A stretch of 64,000 nucleotides of DNA from an uncultured Ruficoccus sp. (GTDB taxonomy: Bacteria > Verrucomicrobiota > Verrucomicrobiia > Opitutales > Cerasicoccaceae): assembly GCA_965140785.1 (NCBI GenBank), contig OZ223519.1, positions 96,001 through 160,000 on the forward strand. Reading direction: 5' to 3'. The notes beneath the pieces were generated by a model. That model was not told where the DNA came from and ran no database searches. It was given only the letters and a program-made list of their open reading frames with translations. Below, one piece after another: positions 28,963 to 40,234 of this stretch; position 1 is the first letter of the stretch; the number at the start of each line of letters is the position of its first letter. The translations under genes were made by a program, and so were the position numbers.

Positions 28963-29679
28963 TTACCAGACAAATGGGATCAGGCGCTTGGTCTTTTGCC
29001 GGTAGGTCCTGAATTCATCGCCGTAGCGCTGCTCCAGATACGCGTCCAGCGTGGGGACGTGGTACGCGGCAAAGCTCCAGAGCATGCCCGCGGGCACGAG
29101 CAGCGTCCAGGCGTTGCGGGTCAGCAGGGCCAGCCCGGTAAACAGGAGTACGTCACCAAAATAGTTGATGTGCATGGCGTAGCGGAAAAGTCCGCCCGTG
29201 TAGCAGTGGCCGTGGTGGGCGGGGTTGCGTTTCCAGAGCTTGCGTTGCAGCTCCGAGCCGGTGTTGAGGAAGGAGCCGAGGGCGAAGAGGGTGAGCGCGG
29301 CGGTGTCGAGCAGGCCAAAGGCGAGCGGTGTTGCGCGCCAGGCGCCGCCACCGGCCAGCACGAAGCCGATCTCGATCAGGCCGATAAACGCCGCCAGCCC
29401 GAGCGCTTCGCCCCAGCTCAGCCGACGTTGCATGAGGTAAAACAGCGTGAAAGCGTGGCGCAGGAAGTAAACCGCCCCGCAGGCCAGGATCCATCGGGCG
29501 CGCTGCGGGTCGCTCAAGCTCCAGTTCTCCTGACCCAACCAACTGCCGAGCGTGTGCACGCCCTGTCCGAAGGCGAACCAGCCGCCCAGTGCCAAAGCCA
29601 GTCCGTGCAGCAGCCAGAAGGTCCACTTCTGGGGCCAGGAGCGGGCGTGCCTGCGGTCGATGCTGGGAGCTTTTTCCAT
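28963..29679 (-). CDS. DUF1295 / steroid 5-alpha-reductase-like membrane protein
   Basis: GLFRYAMHINYFGD and YGDEFRTY...RLIPFVW; start uncertain. Confidence 0.75.
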   Translation of the reverse strand: MEKAPSIDRRHARSWPQKWTFWLLHGLALALGGWFAFGQGVHTLGSWLGQENWSLSDPQRARWILACGAVYFLRHAFTLFYLMQRRLSWGEALGLAAFIGLIEIGFVLAGGGAWRATPLAFGLLDTAALTLFALGSFLNTGSELQRKLWKRNPAHHGHCYTGGLFRYAMHINYFGDVLLFTGLALLTRNAWTLLVPAGMLWSFAAYHVPTLDAYLEQRYGDEFRTYRQKTKRLIPFVW

Positions 29680-29860
29680 CGGTCGTGTTGGTTTTGCTTT
29701 TTTGCGCATTGATAATTTAAGCCCGCGTAGGCGAGTTGGCACGGATATTCGGCGTGCGGAGGCGTTGTCGGGGCGCGAAAACAGAGGGGGTGTTCGAAAG
29801 CTTTTGCTTTGGGGAAGCAAAGTATTGTCAGCAGTAAGATTAATGCTCTATAAACATACT

Positions 29861-31423
29861 ATGAGCGAGATTGTGCCCGTTACTTTTAACAACAATGTCC
29901 TGCGCGACGGCCACCAGTCGCTGGCCGCGACTCGCATGAAGACCGAGCAGATGCTGCCGGTTTGCGAAGACCTCGACAACATCGGCTTTGGAGCCCTCGA
30001 AACCTGGGGTGGGGCGACGATCGACTCTGGCCTGCGCTTCCTCGACGAATTTCCTTTCGACCGGCTCGACGCGCTCAAGAAGGCCTGCCCGAAGACCCCG
30101 CACATGATGCTCCTGCGCGGCCAGAACATCGTGCAGTACGCGCACTTCCCCGACGATGTGGTCGAGAGCTTCATCAAGTGCTCGGCCAAGCACGGGATGA
30201 ACATCTTCCGCATCTTCGACGCCCTCAACGACCCGCGCAACATGGAGACGGCCATCCGTGCCGCCCGCGCCGCCGGAGCCGAGGCGCACGGCACGATTTG
30301 CTACACCACCAGCCCCGTCCACACGGTGGAGAAGTTCATCGAGCTGGGCTGCCGACTGGAGACGATGGGTGCGAGCGGCATTGTCATCAAGGACATGGCC
30401 GGGCTGATCCCGCCAATGCGCGCTGCCGCCATCGTTCAGGGCCTGAAGGCCAAGGTCAAGGTGCCGGTCTGGATTCACACCCACGACACCGCCGGGCTGG
30501 GCGCCTCCACTTATATGTCGGCGATTGATGCCGGGGTGGACGCCATCGACCTAGGCGTGATTCCCTTCGCCAACGGCACGGGGCAGCCCGACACCTCGCG
30601 CATGCTCGCCCTGCTCGCCGAACACCCCCGCTGTCCGGTCTGGTCGCAGGAAAACGACGAGCGCCTGGCTCGCGTGCGCGCGCATCTGATCCAAGTTTAC
30701 GCCGAGCTGAGCGACTTCACCAGCCACAAGAACGAGGTGGTCGATACCGACACGCTGTTGTACCAGGTACCCGGCGGTATGCTCAGCAACTTCCGCAACC
30801 AGCTCAAGGAGCAGAAGATGGAGGATAAGTTCGAGGCGGTCTTCGCCGAGATCCCCGTCGTGCGCGAGGCTCTGGGATGGATTCCGCTGGTGACGCCGAC
30901 TTCACAGATCGTCGGGATGCAGGCCTTCCTCAACGTCAAATTTGGCCGCTGGAAGCAGATTTCCCCGCAGGCGGCGGATATCGCACTAGGGTATTATGGT
31001 ACTACCCCGGCTCCAGTGAATCAGGAGATTCAGGCCCTGGCGGCGAAGCAATTTCAGAAGGATCCGATCACGGTTCGCCCGGTTGAGGCGCCCGGTTCCA
31101 ACCATGTCCACATGGATGAGTTGCGCAAGAAACTCCAGGAAAAAGGTCTGCCCGACGACGATGAGCACTGCGTTATCCACGCCATGTTTCCGGCTCAGTT
31201 GGAGAAGCATTACGCGGCTAAAAACGCCCCGAATCCCGCACCTGAAAAGGGCCCGGCTCCTGAGGGCACGCCTGCCAAGCCGGTCGTTCACCTGAGCCCC
31301 GCTGGTCAGCTGCCCGCGCATACGGCACCTGCCGCCTACTTGTCAGCTCCAGGAAAGGTGACGCGCCTGAACCTGAAAATTGAGGGCGAGGATCACGCGG
31401 TGACGGTTGAGGAATTGGCCTAG
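29861..31423 (+). CDS. Pyruvate/oxaloacetate carboxyltransferase (OadA or transcarboxylase 5S-like), no biotin domain
   Basis: LRDGHQSL, WGGAT, LLRGQN, IKDMAG, HTHDT and LVTPTSQIVG; no AMKM. Confidence 0.88.
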   Translation: MSEIVPVTFNNNVLRDGHQSLAATRMKTEQMLPVCEDLDNIGFGALETWGGATIDSGLRFLDEFPFDRLDALKKACPKTPHMMLLRGQNIVQYAHFPDDVVESFIKCSAKHGMNIFRIFDALNDPRNMETAIRAARAAGAEAHGTICYTTSPVHTVEKFIELGCRLETMGASGIVIKDMAGLIPPMRAAAIVQGLKAKVKVPVWIHTHDTAGLGASTYMSAIDAGVDAIDLGVIPFANGTGQPDTSRMLALLAEHPRCPVWSQENDERLARVRAHLIQVYAELSDFTSHKNEVVDTDTLLYQVPGGMLSNFRNQLKEQKMEDKFEAVFAEIPVVREALGWIPLVTPTSQIVGMQAFLNVKFGRWKQISPQAADIALGYYGTTPAPVNQEIQALAAKQFQKDPITVRPVEAPGSNHVHMDELRKKLQEKGLPDDDEHCVIHAMFPAQLEKHYAAKNAPNPAPEKGPAPEGTPAKPVVHLSPAGQLPAHTAPAAYLSAPGKVTRLNLKIEGEDHAVTVEELA

Positions 31424-31488
31424 GTCATATTTCTAGGGTGAGCAGTCTATACTTGCCTTAGGCTGGCTCACATGGTTAGCCTAACGCA

Positions 31489-32397
31489 ATGACCCTTGGG
31501 TTCTTGATTGTCTCCCGCCGTATTATCGGCATCCAAGCCCGGTGGCCAGCTGTTGCCGGGTGTGTGTGGCTGGCCTCGATAGCCGGGGTCGGTGCGCAAT
31601 CCGGTTCCCCGTCCATCCCGGAGGAGACCGGGCAGCCCTCGGCTCAAGCAGAGGCTAATACTCTGCCGACGGCAGACGCAGACGATTCGAAAGCGATCTC
31701 TACAACGCGGGCCCATGAGGTCTATGAGCAGTTGCAGAGCGCGTCGGAGAAGCCGCAGGAGGAGCCCGCGTCAACGACCGCAGCTCAACGAACTCCTGAC
31801 AAGCCCCTCCATTCTAATTTGGCGAGTGGCGCCACGCACATCTGGTGGACGTTGTGGACAGCCGGCGTGATTGCCGGAACCGCCTTGATCATTTATCTGG
31901 CTTTTCTGTGGCGCAGCATCGTGAAAGGGAAGAAGCGCACCCCCAATACGGTTGAGCGCGAACCTCTTCTCGTGAGATTACAATCACCCGCGTCGCTTAC
32001 GACGGAGGCGGAGGGGGAGACATCCCAGCAAAAATCAGATCCGGAAAAAGAGACCGCCCGCGGGAAGAAAAAACGCGGCCACAAGACCGGCCGGTCCCGT
32101 TCCTCCAAGACGGCGGATTCCGGAAGAACCCAGGTCGAATTCTTGAGGAAAGAGGGGCCGATCAGACCGGATCAAGGGATACGTCCCTGGCGGGGATCCG
32201 GTCCTCCCTTTCCCTACATGCCCCCGCCGGGGATGCCTCCCCCGTATGCGATGCCTCCGATGCCTGGCCCTCGCCCGGGACCGCCTCCGGCGCCGGTCTA
32301 TTACGGACCATTTATGCCGATGCAGCCACCTCCACAGGTTGAGCGTTCTGCTCCCGAGACGGACGAGCGTTCCACCTCCCCGGAGAAGGAGAACTGA
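31489..32397 (+). CDS. Hypothetical single-pass membrane protein, Pro-rich
   Basis: Signal-like N-terminus, central TM helix and poly-Pro C-terminus. Confidence 0.5.
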   Translation: MTLGFLIVSRRIIGIQARWPAVAGCVWLASIAGVGAQSGSPSIPEETGQPSAQAEANTLPTADADDSKAISTTRAHEVYEQLQSASEKPQEEPASTTAAQRTPDKPLHSNLASGATHIWWTLWTAGVIAGTALIIYLAFLWRSIVKGKKRTPNTVEREPLLVRLQSPASLTTEAEGETSQQKSDPEKETARGKKKRGHKTGRSRSSKTADSGRTQVEFLRKEGPIRPDQGIRPWRGSGPPFPYMPPPGMPPPYAMPPMPGPRPGPPPAPVYYGPFMPMQPPPQVERSAPETDERSTSPEKEN

Positions 32398-32775
32398 AGG
32401 CGGATAGATTGGTCAGGGGACGGAAGCTATCCGCCCGGCTTCCCGATAGGGGCTTCCCTTGGAGCCACAAGCACGCTCGGAGAAAGCGCACCCGCCCCGT
32501 TTTTCCTTTGCGCCGGGCATGTTTCTGTTGGGAGGCATTCCCCATCCCTTGGGCTTTGTCCCGGTCGGCGAGCCCTACAGCCTGCCGTCCCAGCCCAATA
32601 TCGTTTACGTGCCGGTGATGGCGGCGATGCCTTATCCGCCCCGGGACGGGGCGAAGCGCCTGGTGCGATGGGATGAGTCTTTCAAAAGTGTAAATATAAC
32701 CAAAACCACATAAGGGGAACGATTCCCCGTCCAGCATGGGCCGGCGTAGGTGTCGGCCCACTTGTGTCTGGAGGC

Positions 32776-32808
32776 AAAAAAACGGGCACCTCATGCGAGG
32801 TGCCCGTT
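32776..32808 (-). terminator. Terminator after the mutase genes
   Basis: AAAAAAACGGGCACCTC-atgc-GAGGTGCCCGTT. Confidence 0.75.
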
Positions 32809-32836
32809 GCTAAAGCGGTTGTGTGGCGCGCTCGGC

Positions 32837-35020
<2,184 letters not shown>

Positions 35021-35067
35021 GACAGGTACTGTGTCGTGTATTCAACTTTCATGACGAATCGCCGCGC

Positions 35068-37206
35068 CTACATCACGTCGATGGCTTCGAGGTACTTTTT
35101 GTTCACCTCATAGACGTTGGACTTGATGAAGATGTAGTCGTCCAGACCGGCCTCCATGTAAGCCTTTTCGTTGTCACCGGGGTAGCCGGCGAGGATGACC
35201 TTGATCCCGGGAGCCTCGGCCTTGAGCTTTTGGCAGAAGGCTGGGACGAAGTCCACGTAGGCGTCGTCGGTGCCGCAGATGACGGTGACCTTCGCGCCGG
35301 AGGCTTGGGCGCCGGCCACGGCGTCCTCGACGCTCTCATAACCGTCGGCGGCCTCGATGTCGAATCCGCCCACCTCGAAGAAGCCACGGGTGAAGTCCGC
35401 ACGGAGCTTGTGCTTGCGCAGCGGGCCGAGGGTGGTGAGGAACATCTTCGGGCCGTGGCCGTTGGCCTGGGTGTAGGCATCGGCAGCGGCGCGCATTTCC
35501 TCAAAGATCTTCGCGCCGCGTACGGAGGGCAGGGCGGTGATGGAGGGCTTGTCGCCTTCGCCGCCGTGGAGGGCGGTGAAGATGGCCCCGAGGGTCGCGC
35601 CCTGGGAAGCGGCGGCGGCGAGCCGGTCGATCAGGCCCGCGTCGCGCTCGGTCAGGGTGGAGAGGTCCACGTCCTTGGCGGTGGCCTTGAGGGCTTCGAC
35701 GCGCTTTTTCTTCACCTCGGTGAAGTCCGGGGTGGTCTTGGGCAGCGGCTTTTCCTTCAGGTTCGGGTAGAGGTTGGTCCCGACGAGGTTGGCGCGGCGC
35801 TGGGTCAGCAGCTTGATGCGCCCGTCATTGGTCTTGGCGATACGCTTCTGGATGGAGCCACTCTTGAGCGCGGCGCAGATGCAGCCTTCCTTTTCGATTT
35901 CCTGGAAGATGCCCCAGGCGCCCTTGGCCACCTGGTCGGTCAGGTTTTCGATGAACCAGGAACCACCGGCCGGGTCGATCACGGCGCGCAGCTCGCACTC
36001 CTCCTGAAGCATGATCTGTGTGTTGCGGGCGATACGGCGGGAGAAGGTGGTGGGCGTCTCGATGACCTCGTCAAAGGCCCCGACGTGCATGCTCTCGACG
36101 CCTCCGACGACGCCGGAGAGGGCTTCGGTCGTGGTGCGGAGCATGTTGACGTAGGGGTCGTGGACGGTCTTGTTCCACAGGCCGGTGCGGCCGTGAATCT
36201 TCATGCGGGCCGCTTCGCGGTCGCCGCCGAACTCGGAGACGATCTTCGACCACAGGATGCGGGCCGCACGGAGCTTGGAGACCTCCATGAAGAAATTGGC
36301 CCCGAGGCTGAACTCGAAGCGGATGGCCTTGGCCGCCGCGTTAATATCGAGTCCGCCGTCCATGAGCTTGCGCAGGTAGGCGGTGCCGGTGGCCAGGGCG
36401 CAGGCGAGCTCCTCCACCGCGCTGGCACCAGCGTTGGCGTAGGGCAGGGTGGAGACGCCGACGGCGGTGAAGCCCGGCGCGTTGTCTTTACAATAGGTGG
36501 CCAGCGTGACCATGTCGGCGAACGCCTCATCGAGCGAAACCGGCAGGCTGCCGCAGCGGGCGAGCACGCCGAGCGGGTCCAGATTCATGCCCCCTTGCAG
36601 GGCTTTGGCGTCCTTGCCCTCTTCCTTGAGCCAGGCGACTAGCAGTGCCGCCAGGGGCAGACCGCTTACTCCGGACTGGAAGCTGATGTTGACGGCCTCG
36701 GGCACGATGTCATTGAAGGCCTTGCGCAGGTCCTCCAGCGTGGCCACGGACAGGCCGCAGGCGCCGACTTCGCCGACAGCCCCCTCATCGGGGTTCTTGC
36801 CGAGCTGGGTGGCGATGTCGAGGGCGACGTTGAGGCCGTCCTGCCCGCGCTGCATATCGCTGAGCGCGGCTGCGTTAAATTCTTCCGGCAGGCCGTAGGG
36901 CAGCTCCTGGGCGATCTTCCAGGGGTTTTGCAGGTAGCCGTCGTCGGTGGAGCCCCGGGAGAAATTGAACTCGCCGGGGAAACTCTCGAGGTGCTCAAGG
37001 CCCTCCAGATCTTCCTGGCGGTAAATCGGCTGCAGCGTAATGCCTTCCGGCGTCGGCGTAAGCATTTTCTTGTCGAAAGGAGCTCCTTTGAGGAGCTTCT
37101 CCGCCGCTTCCTTCCAAGTGGCGTAATCGACAGGCGCGAACTCTTCGAGCAGGTTTAGTGCTTTCGGGTCGCCGACGGACGAGTTGGTCGTATCGGTGTT
37201 GCTCAT
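35068..37206 (-). CDS. mutA: Methylmalonyl-CoA mutase small (non-catalytic) subunit
   Basis: [20 protein letters not shown] and DPAGGS; lacks DxHxxG. Confidence 0.88.
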   Translation of the reverse strand: MSNTDTTNSSVGDPKALNLLEEFAPVDYATWKEAAEKLLKGAPFDKKMLTPTPEGITLQPIYRQEDLEGLEHLESFPGEFNFSRGSTDDGYLQNPWKIAQELPYGLPEEFNAAALSDMQRGQDGLNVALDIATQLGKNPDEGAVGEVGACGLSVATLEDLRKAFNDIVPEAVNISFQSGVSGLPLAALLVAWLKEEGKDAKALQGGMNLDPLGVLARCGSLPVSLDEAFADMVTLATYCKDNAPGFTAVGVSTLPYANAGASAVEELACALATGTAYLRKLMDGGLDINAAAKAIRFEFSLGANFFMEVSKLRAARILWSKIVSEFGGDREAARMKIHGRTGLWNKTVHDPYVNMLRTTTEALSGVVGGVESMHVGAFDEVIETPTTFSRRIARNTQIMLQEECELRAVIDPAGGSWFIENLTDQVAKGAWGIFQEIEKEGCICAALKSGSIQKRIAKTNDGRIKLLTQRRANLVGTNLYPNLKEKPLPKTTPDFTEVKKKRVEALKATAKDVDLSTLTERDAGLIDRLAAAASQGATLGAIFTALHGGEGDKPSITALPSVRGAKIFEEMRAAADAYTQANGHGPKMFLTTLGPLRKHKLRADFTRGFFEVGGFDIEAADGYESVEDAVAGAQASGAKVTVICGTDDAYVDFVPAFCQKLKAEAPGIKVILAGYPGDNEKAYMEAGLDDYIFIKSNVYEVNKKYLEAIDVM

Positions 37207-37384
37207 GGATTGACTGGTTGAGGGAATAATAAATGCTTATAATCCGCGAGGGATTTTGGTAGAGAAGATAAGCTTCTGAAGGGTAAAACTGTCAATTCGA
37301 AAAATTAATTTTGTTTATCGAGAAATTGGTTGACTTTAGATAAACTTATTCAATAACTCCAAGGCGTTAACAACTTTAAGCATC

Positions 37385-37786
37385 ATGTTACAGCAAATCG
37401 ACCACCTTGGCATCGCCGTCAGCTCCCTGGAGGACGCGATTCCCTACTATGAAAACGCCCTGGGCCTGAAATGCGAACACACTGAAGAAGTCGCGTCCCA
37501 GAAGGTTAAGACCGCTTTCTTCGAATGTGGCCAGGTGCACATCGAGCTGCTTGAGCCGACGAGCGAAGACAGCCCGATCGCGAAGTTTATCGCCAAGAAC
37601 GGCGAAGGCATCCACCACATCGCCTTCCGCACGGACAACATCGAGGGCCAGCTCAAACAGGCCGCCGACAGCGGCGTCCGGCTGATCAACGAAGTTCCGG
37701 TTGACGGCGCGGGCAACAAGCTCGTCGCCTTCCTTCACCCGAAGTCCACCCGTGGCGTGCTGACTGAGTTCTGCATGTCCAAGTAA
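37385..37786 (+). CDS. mce: Methylmalonyl-CoA epimerase
   Basis: IDHLGIAV, IELLEP, GIHHIAF and FLHPKS. Confidence 0.93.
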   Translation: MLQQIDHLGIAVSSLEDAIPYYENALGLKCEHTEEVASQKVKTAFFECGQVHIELLEPTSEDSPIAKFIAKNGEGIHHIAFRTDNIEGQLKQAADSGVRLINEVPVDGAGNKLVAFLHPKSTRGVLTEFCMSK

Positions 37787-37831
37787 CGCGGTCACGTCGG
37801 ATCGACTGACCCCTATTCACCTCTTTGCACT

Positions 37832-39385
37832 ATGGCTATCGCAAAAGAACTGCTCAATGATCTCCAAAAACGCCGGGACAAGGCTGACGCCGCCGGCGGT
37901 AAAGCCAAGATTGAGAAGCGCCACGAAAAGGGGCTTCTGACCGCCCGTGAGCGCCTGCTGGCTTTCTTTGAAGAAGGCACCTTCCAGGAGTTCGGCAAAC
38001 ACGCCCAGCACTCCTGCCACAACTTCGGCATGGAAACCAAGGACATGCCCTACGACGGCGTCGTCTGCGGCGTGGGTTACGTGGACGGTCGTCCCGTGGC
38101 CGCCTTCAGCCAGGACTTCACCGTGGGTGGGGGCGCGCTCGGTCGCATTCACGCCAAGAAGATCGTTGATCTGATGGACTACGCCCACGACATGGGCATC
38201 CCGGTGGTCGGCATCAACGACTCCGGCGGCGCCCGCATTCAGGAGGGGGTCGACTCCCTCTCGGGTTACGGCCAGGTCTTCTTTAAGAACGTGTTCCTCT
38301 CCGGCGTGGTGCCGCAGGTGGCCATCATCGCCGGTCAGTGCGCCGGTGGGGCCGCTTACTCGCCCGCGCTGACGGACTTCCTCATCATGACGAAGACCAA
38401 CGCGAACATGTTCATCTGCGGCCCGGGGGTCATCAAGGCCTCCACCGGTGAGTCTTCCACACTGGACCAGTTCGCCACCGCCGACGCGCACGCCTCGGTC
38501 AGCGGAAACATCCACCTCATCGCCGAGGACGACAAGCACGCCCTCGAACTGGCGACCAAGCTGCTTTCCTACCTGCCGTCGAACAACCTGCAGGACCCGC
38601 CGCACGCCCCGACCGACGATCTCGACCTGAGCGACGATCCCTCGATGAACGAAATCGTGCCCGAAAGCTCGAAGACTCCGATGGACGTCAAGGAGGTCAT
38701 CACCCGGATGGTGGACGAGGGCGATTTCTTCGAGATCATGCCTGATTTCGCCAAGAACCTGGTCATCGGCTACGCCCGCATCCAAGGGGTCGTGGTTGGC
38801 ATCATCGCGAACCAGCCGATGCACAAGGCCGGGACACTCGACATCGACTCTTCCGACAAGGGCGCGCGCTTCATCCGCACGTGTAACATTTACAATATCC
38901 CGATCGTCACCCTGGTGGACGTGCCCGGCTTCATGCCCGGCCTGGCCCAGGAGCGCGGCGGCATCATCCGCCACGGGGCCAAGATGCTCTTCGCCTATGC
39001 CTCGGCCACGGTGCCGAAGATCACCCTGATTCTGCGCAAGGCTTACGGAGGTGCTTACCTGGCCATGTGCAGCGCCGACATGGGTGCGGATATGGTCTTC
39101 GCCTGGCCCACGGCCGAGATCGCCGTGATGGGGGCCGAGGGCGCCGTCGGAGTTCTCTACCGCAAGGAGATCAAGGACGCCGAAGATCCCAAGGCCAAGG
39201 AAGCCGAACTGCGCGATGACTACCGCAAGAAGTTCGCCTCGCCCTATCAGGCGGCCGAAAACGCGATGATCACCGACGTGATCGAGCCGAAGCAGACGCG
39301 TGCCGTAATTTCGCTTGCCTTGCGTAATACGCTGAGCAAGCGTGATACACGCCCGCCGAAGAAACACGGTAATATTCCGCTCTAA
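37832..39385 (+). CDS. mmdA: Methylmalonyl-CoA decarboxylase alpha / acyl-CoA carboxyltransferase
   Basis: DSGGARIQEG, GGAAYSPALTD, DVPGF and KKHGNIPL. Confidence 0.85.
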   Translation: MAIAKELLNDLQKRRDKADAAGGKAKIEKRHEKGLLTARERLLAFFEEGTFQEFGKHAQHSCHNFGMETKDMPYDGVVCGVGYVDGRPVAAFSQDFTVGGGALGRIHAKKIVDLMDYAHDMGIPVVGINDSGGARIQEGVDSLSGYGQVFFKNVFLSGVVPQVAIIAGQCAGGAAYSPALTDFLIMTKTNANMFICGPGVIKASTGESSTLDQFATADAHASVSGNIHLIAEDDKHALELATKLLSYLPSNNLQDPPHAPTDDLDLSDDPSMNEIVPESSKTPMDVKEVITRMVDEGDFFEIMPDFAKNLVIGYARIQGVVVGIIANQPMHKAGTLDIDSSDKGARFIRTCNIYNIPIVTLVDVPGFMPGLAQERGGIIRHGAKMLFAYASATVPKITLILRKAYGGAYLAMCSADMGADMVFAWPTAEIAVMGAEGAVGVLYRKEIKDAEDPKAKEAELRDDYRKKFASPYQAAENAMITDVIEPKQTRAVISLALRNTLSKRDTRPPKKHGNIPL

Positions 39386-39390
39386 TCGCT

Positions 39391-39762
39391 ATGACACTTG
39401 CAGCAACTTGCTCCCTGGCCTCGGTGTTGACGCAGTTCGAAGACTCGCTTCACATCCTGCTGGGTTTCGTATTCGTAATCGTGGTGCTGGCCATTCTGGC
39501 CGGTGTGACACAGGGGATCGGTTTCCTCTTCAATATGAAGAAGCCGTCCGCTCCGAAGCCTGCGGCGGCCCCCGCTCCGGCTGCGCCGGCGGCCTCTGCG
39601 CCCGCCGGTGGGATCAGCCCCGAGGTGGTGGCCGTGATCGCCGCCGCCGTTCACACCACACTGGAGCGCCCGTACCGCATCCGGTCCATCCGCTCGGCAT
39701 CGGACCGCCACTGGGCCGCCGAAGGCCGCCGCGAGATTTTCCGTTCGCACAAGGTTAGATAA
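39391..39762 (+). CDS. Na+-pumping decarboxylase OadG/MmdD-type anchor subunit
   Basis: TM helix, Ala/Pro linker, VAVIAAAV and WAAEGR. Confidence 0.85.
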   Translation: MTLAATCSLASVLTQFEDSLHILLGFVFVIVVLAILAGVTQGIGFLFNMKKPSAPKPAAAPAPAAPAASAPAGGISPEVVAVIAAAVHTTLERPYRIRSIRSASDRHWAAEGRREIFRSHKVR

Positions 39763-39800
39763 GAGAGAGCTATCGATTTATTAAGAAAGACTTTACGCAC

Positions 39801-40190
39801 ATGAAGAAGCTACGCATTACGGTTGAGAACAAGACCTACGAGGTTGAAGTCGAAGTCATCGGCCAGGACGACGCTCCGGCCCCCGCACCCCGGCCCAGCG
39901 CCAGCTCGGTTGCTGTCAGCGCCCCGTCGGCTGCTCCGGCTCCCGCGCCTGCTCCGGCCCCCGCCGCCGCTGCGGCTGCTGGCGATGTCGTCAGTCCGCT
40001 ATCGGCCGTGGTTGTCTCGGTCGACGTCAAGCCCGGCCAGGCCGTCCAGGAAGGGGACAAGCTGATCACGCTGGAGGCGATGAAGATGAACACCTTTGTC
40101 AACGCGCCGCACGCCGGTACGGTTTCCGCCATTCACGTCAGTGCGGGCAACTCCGTCGAAGAAGGTCAACCCCTGCTGGCGCTTAACTAA
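39801..40190 (+). CDS. mmdC: Biotin carboxyl carrier subunit
   Basis: Ala/Pro linker and EAMKM. Confidence 0.88.
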   Translation: MKKLRITVENKTYEVEVEVIGQDDAPAPAPRPSASSVAVSAPSAAPAPAPAPAPAAAAAAGDVVSPLSAVVVSVDVKPGQAVQEGDKLITLEAMKMNTFVNAPHAGTVSAIHVSAGNSVEEGQPLLALN

Positions 40191-40234
40191 GCCCCGGCAG
40201 TTTCACCCAACACCCAGAGGGGGTAACTGCGCTC

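Noticed and set aside
29552..29860. N-terminal extension of the carboxyltransferase ORF
   Set aside because: It overlaps the divergent DUF1295 gene; family homology starts at MSEIV (29861)
32459..32713. Small Pro-rich ORF after 31489-32397
   Set aside because: No recognisable motif or clear start; cannot be supported
37207..37384. Cobalamin riboswitch or FNR/Rex box between mutA and mce
   Set aside because: AT-rich divergent promoter region with no B12 box or convincing palindrome
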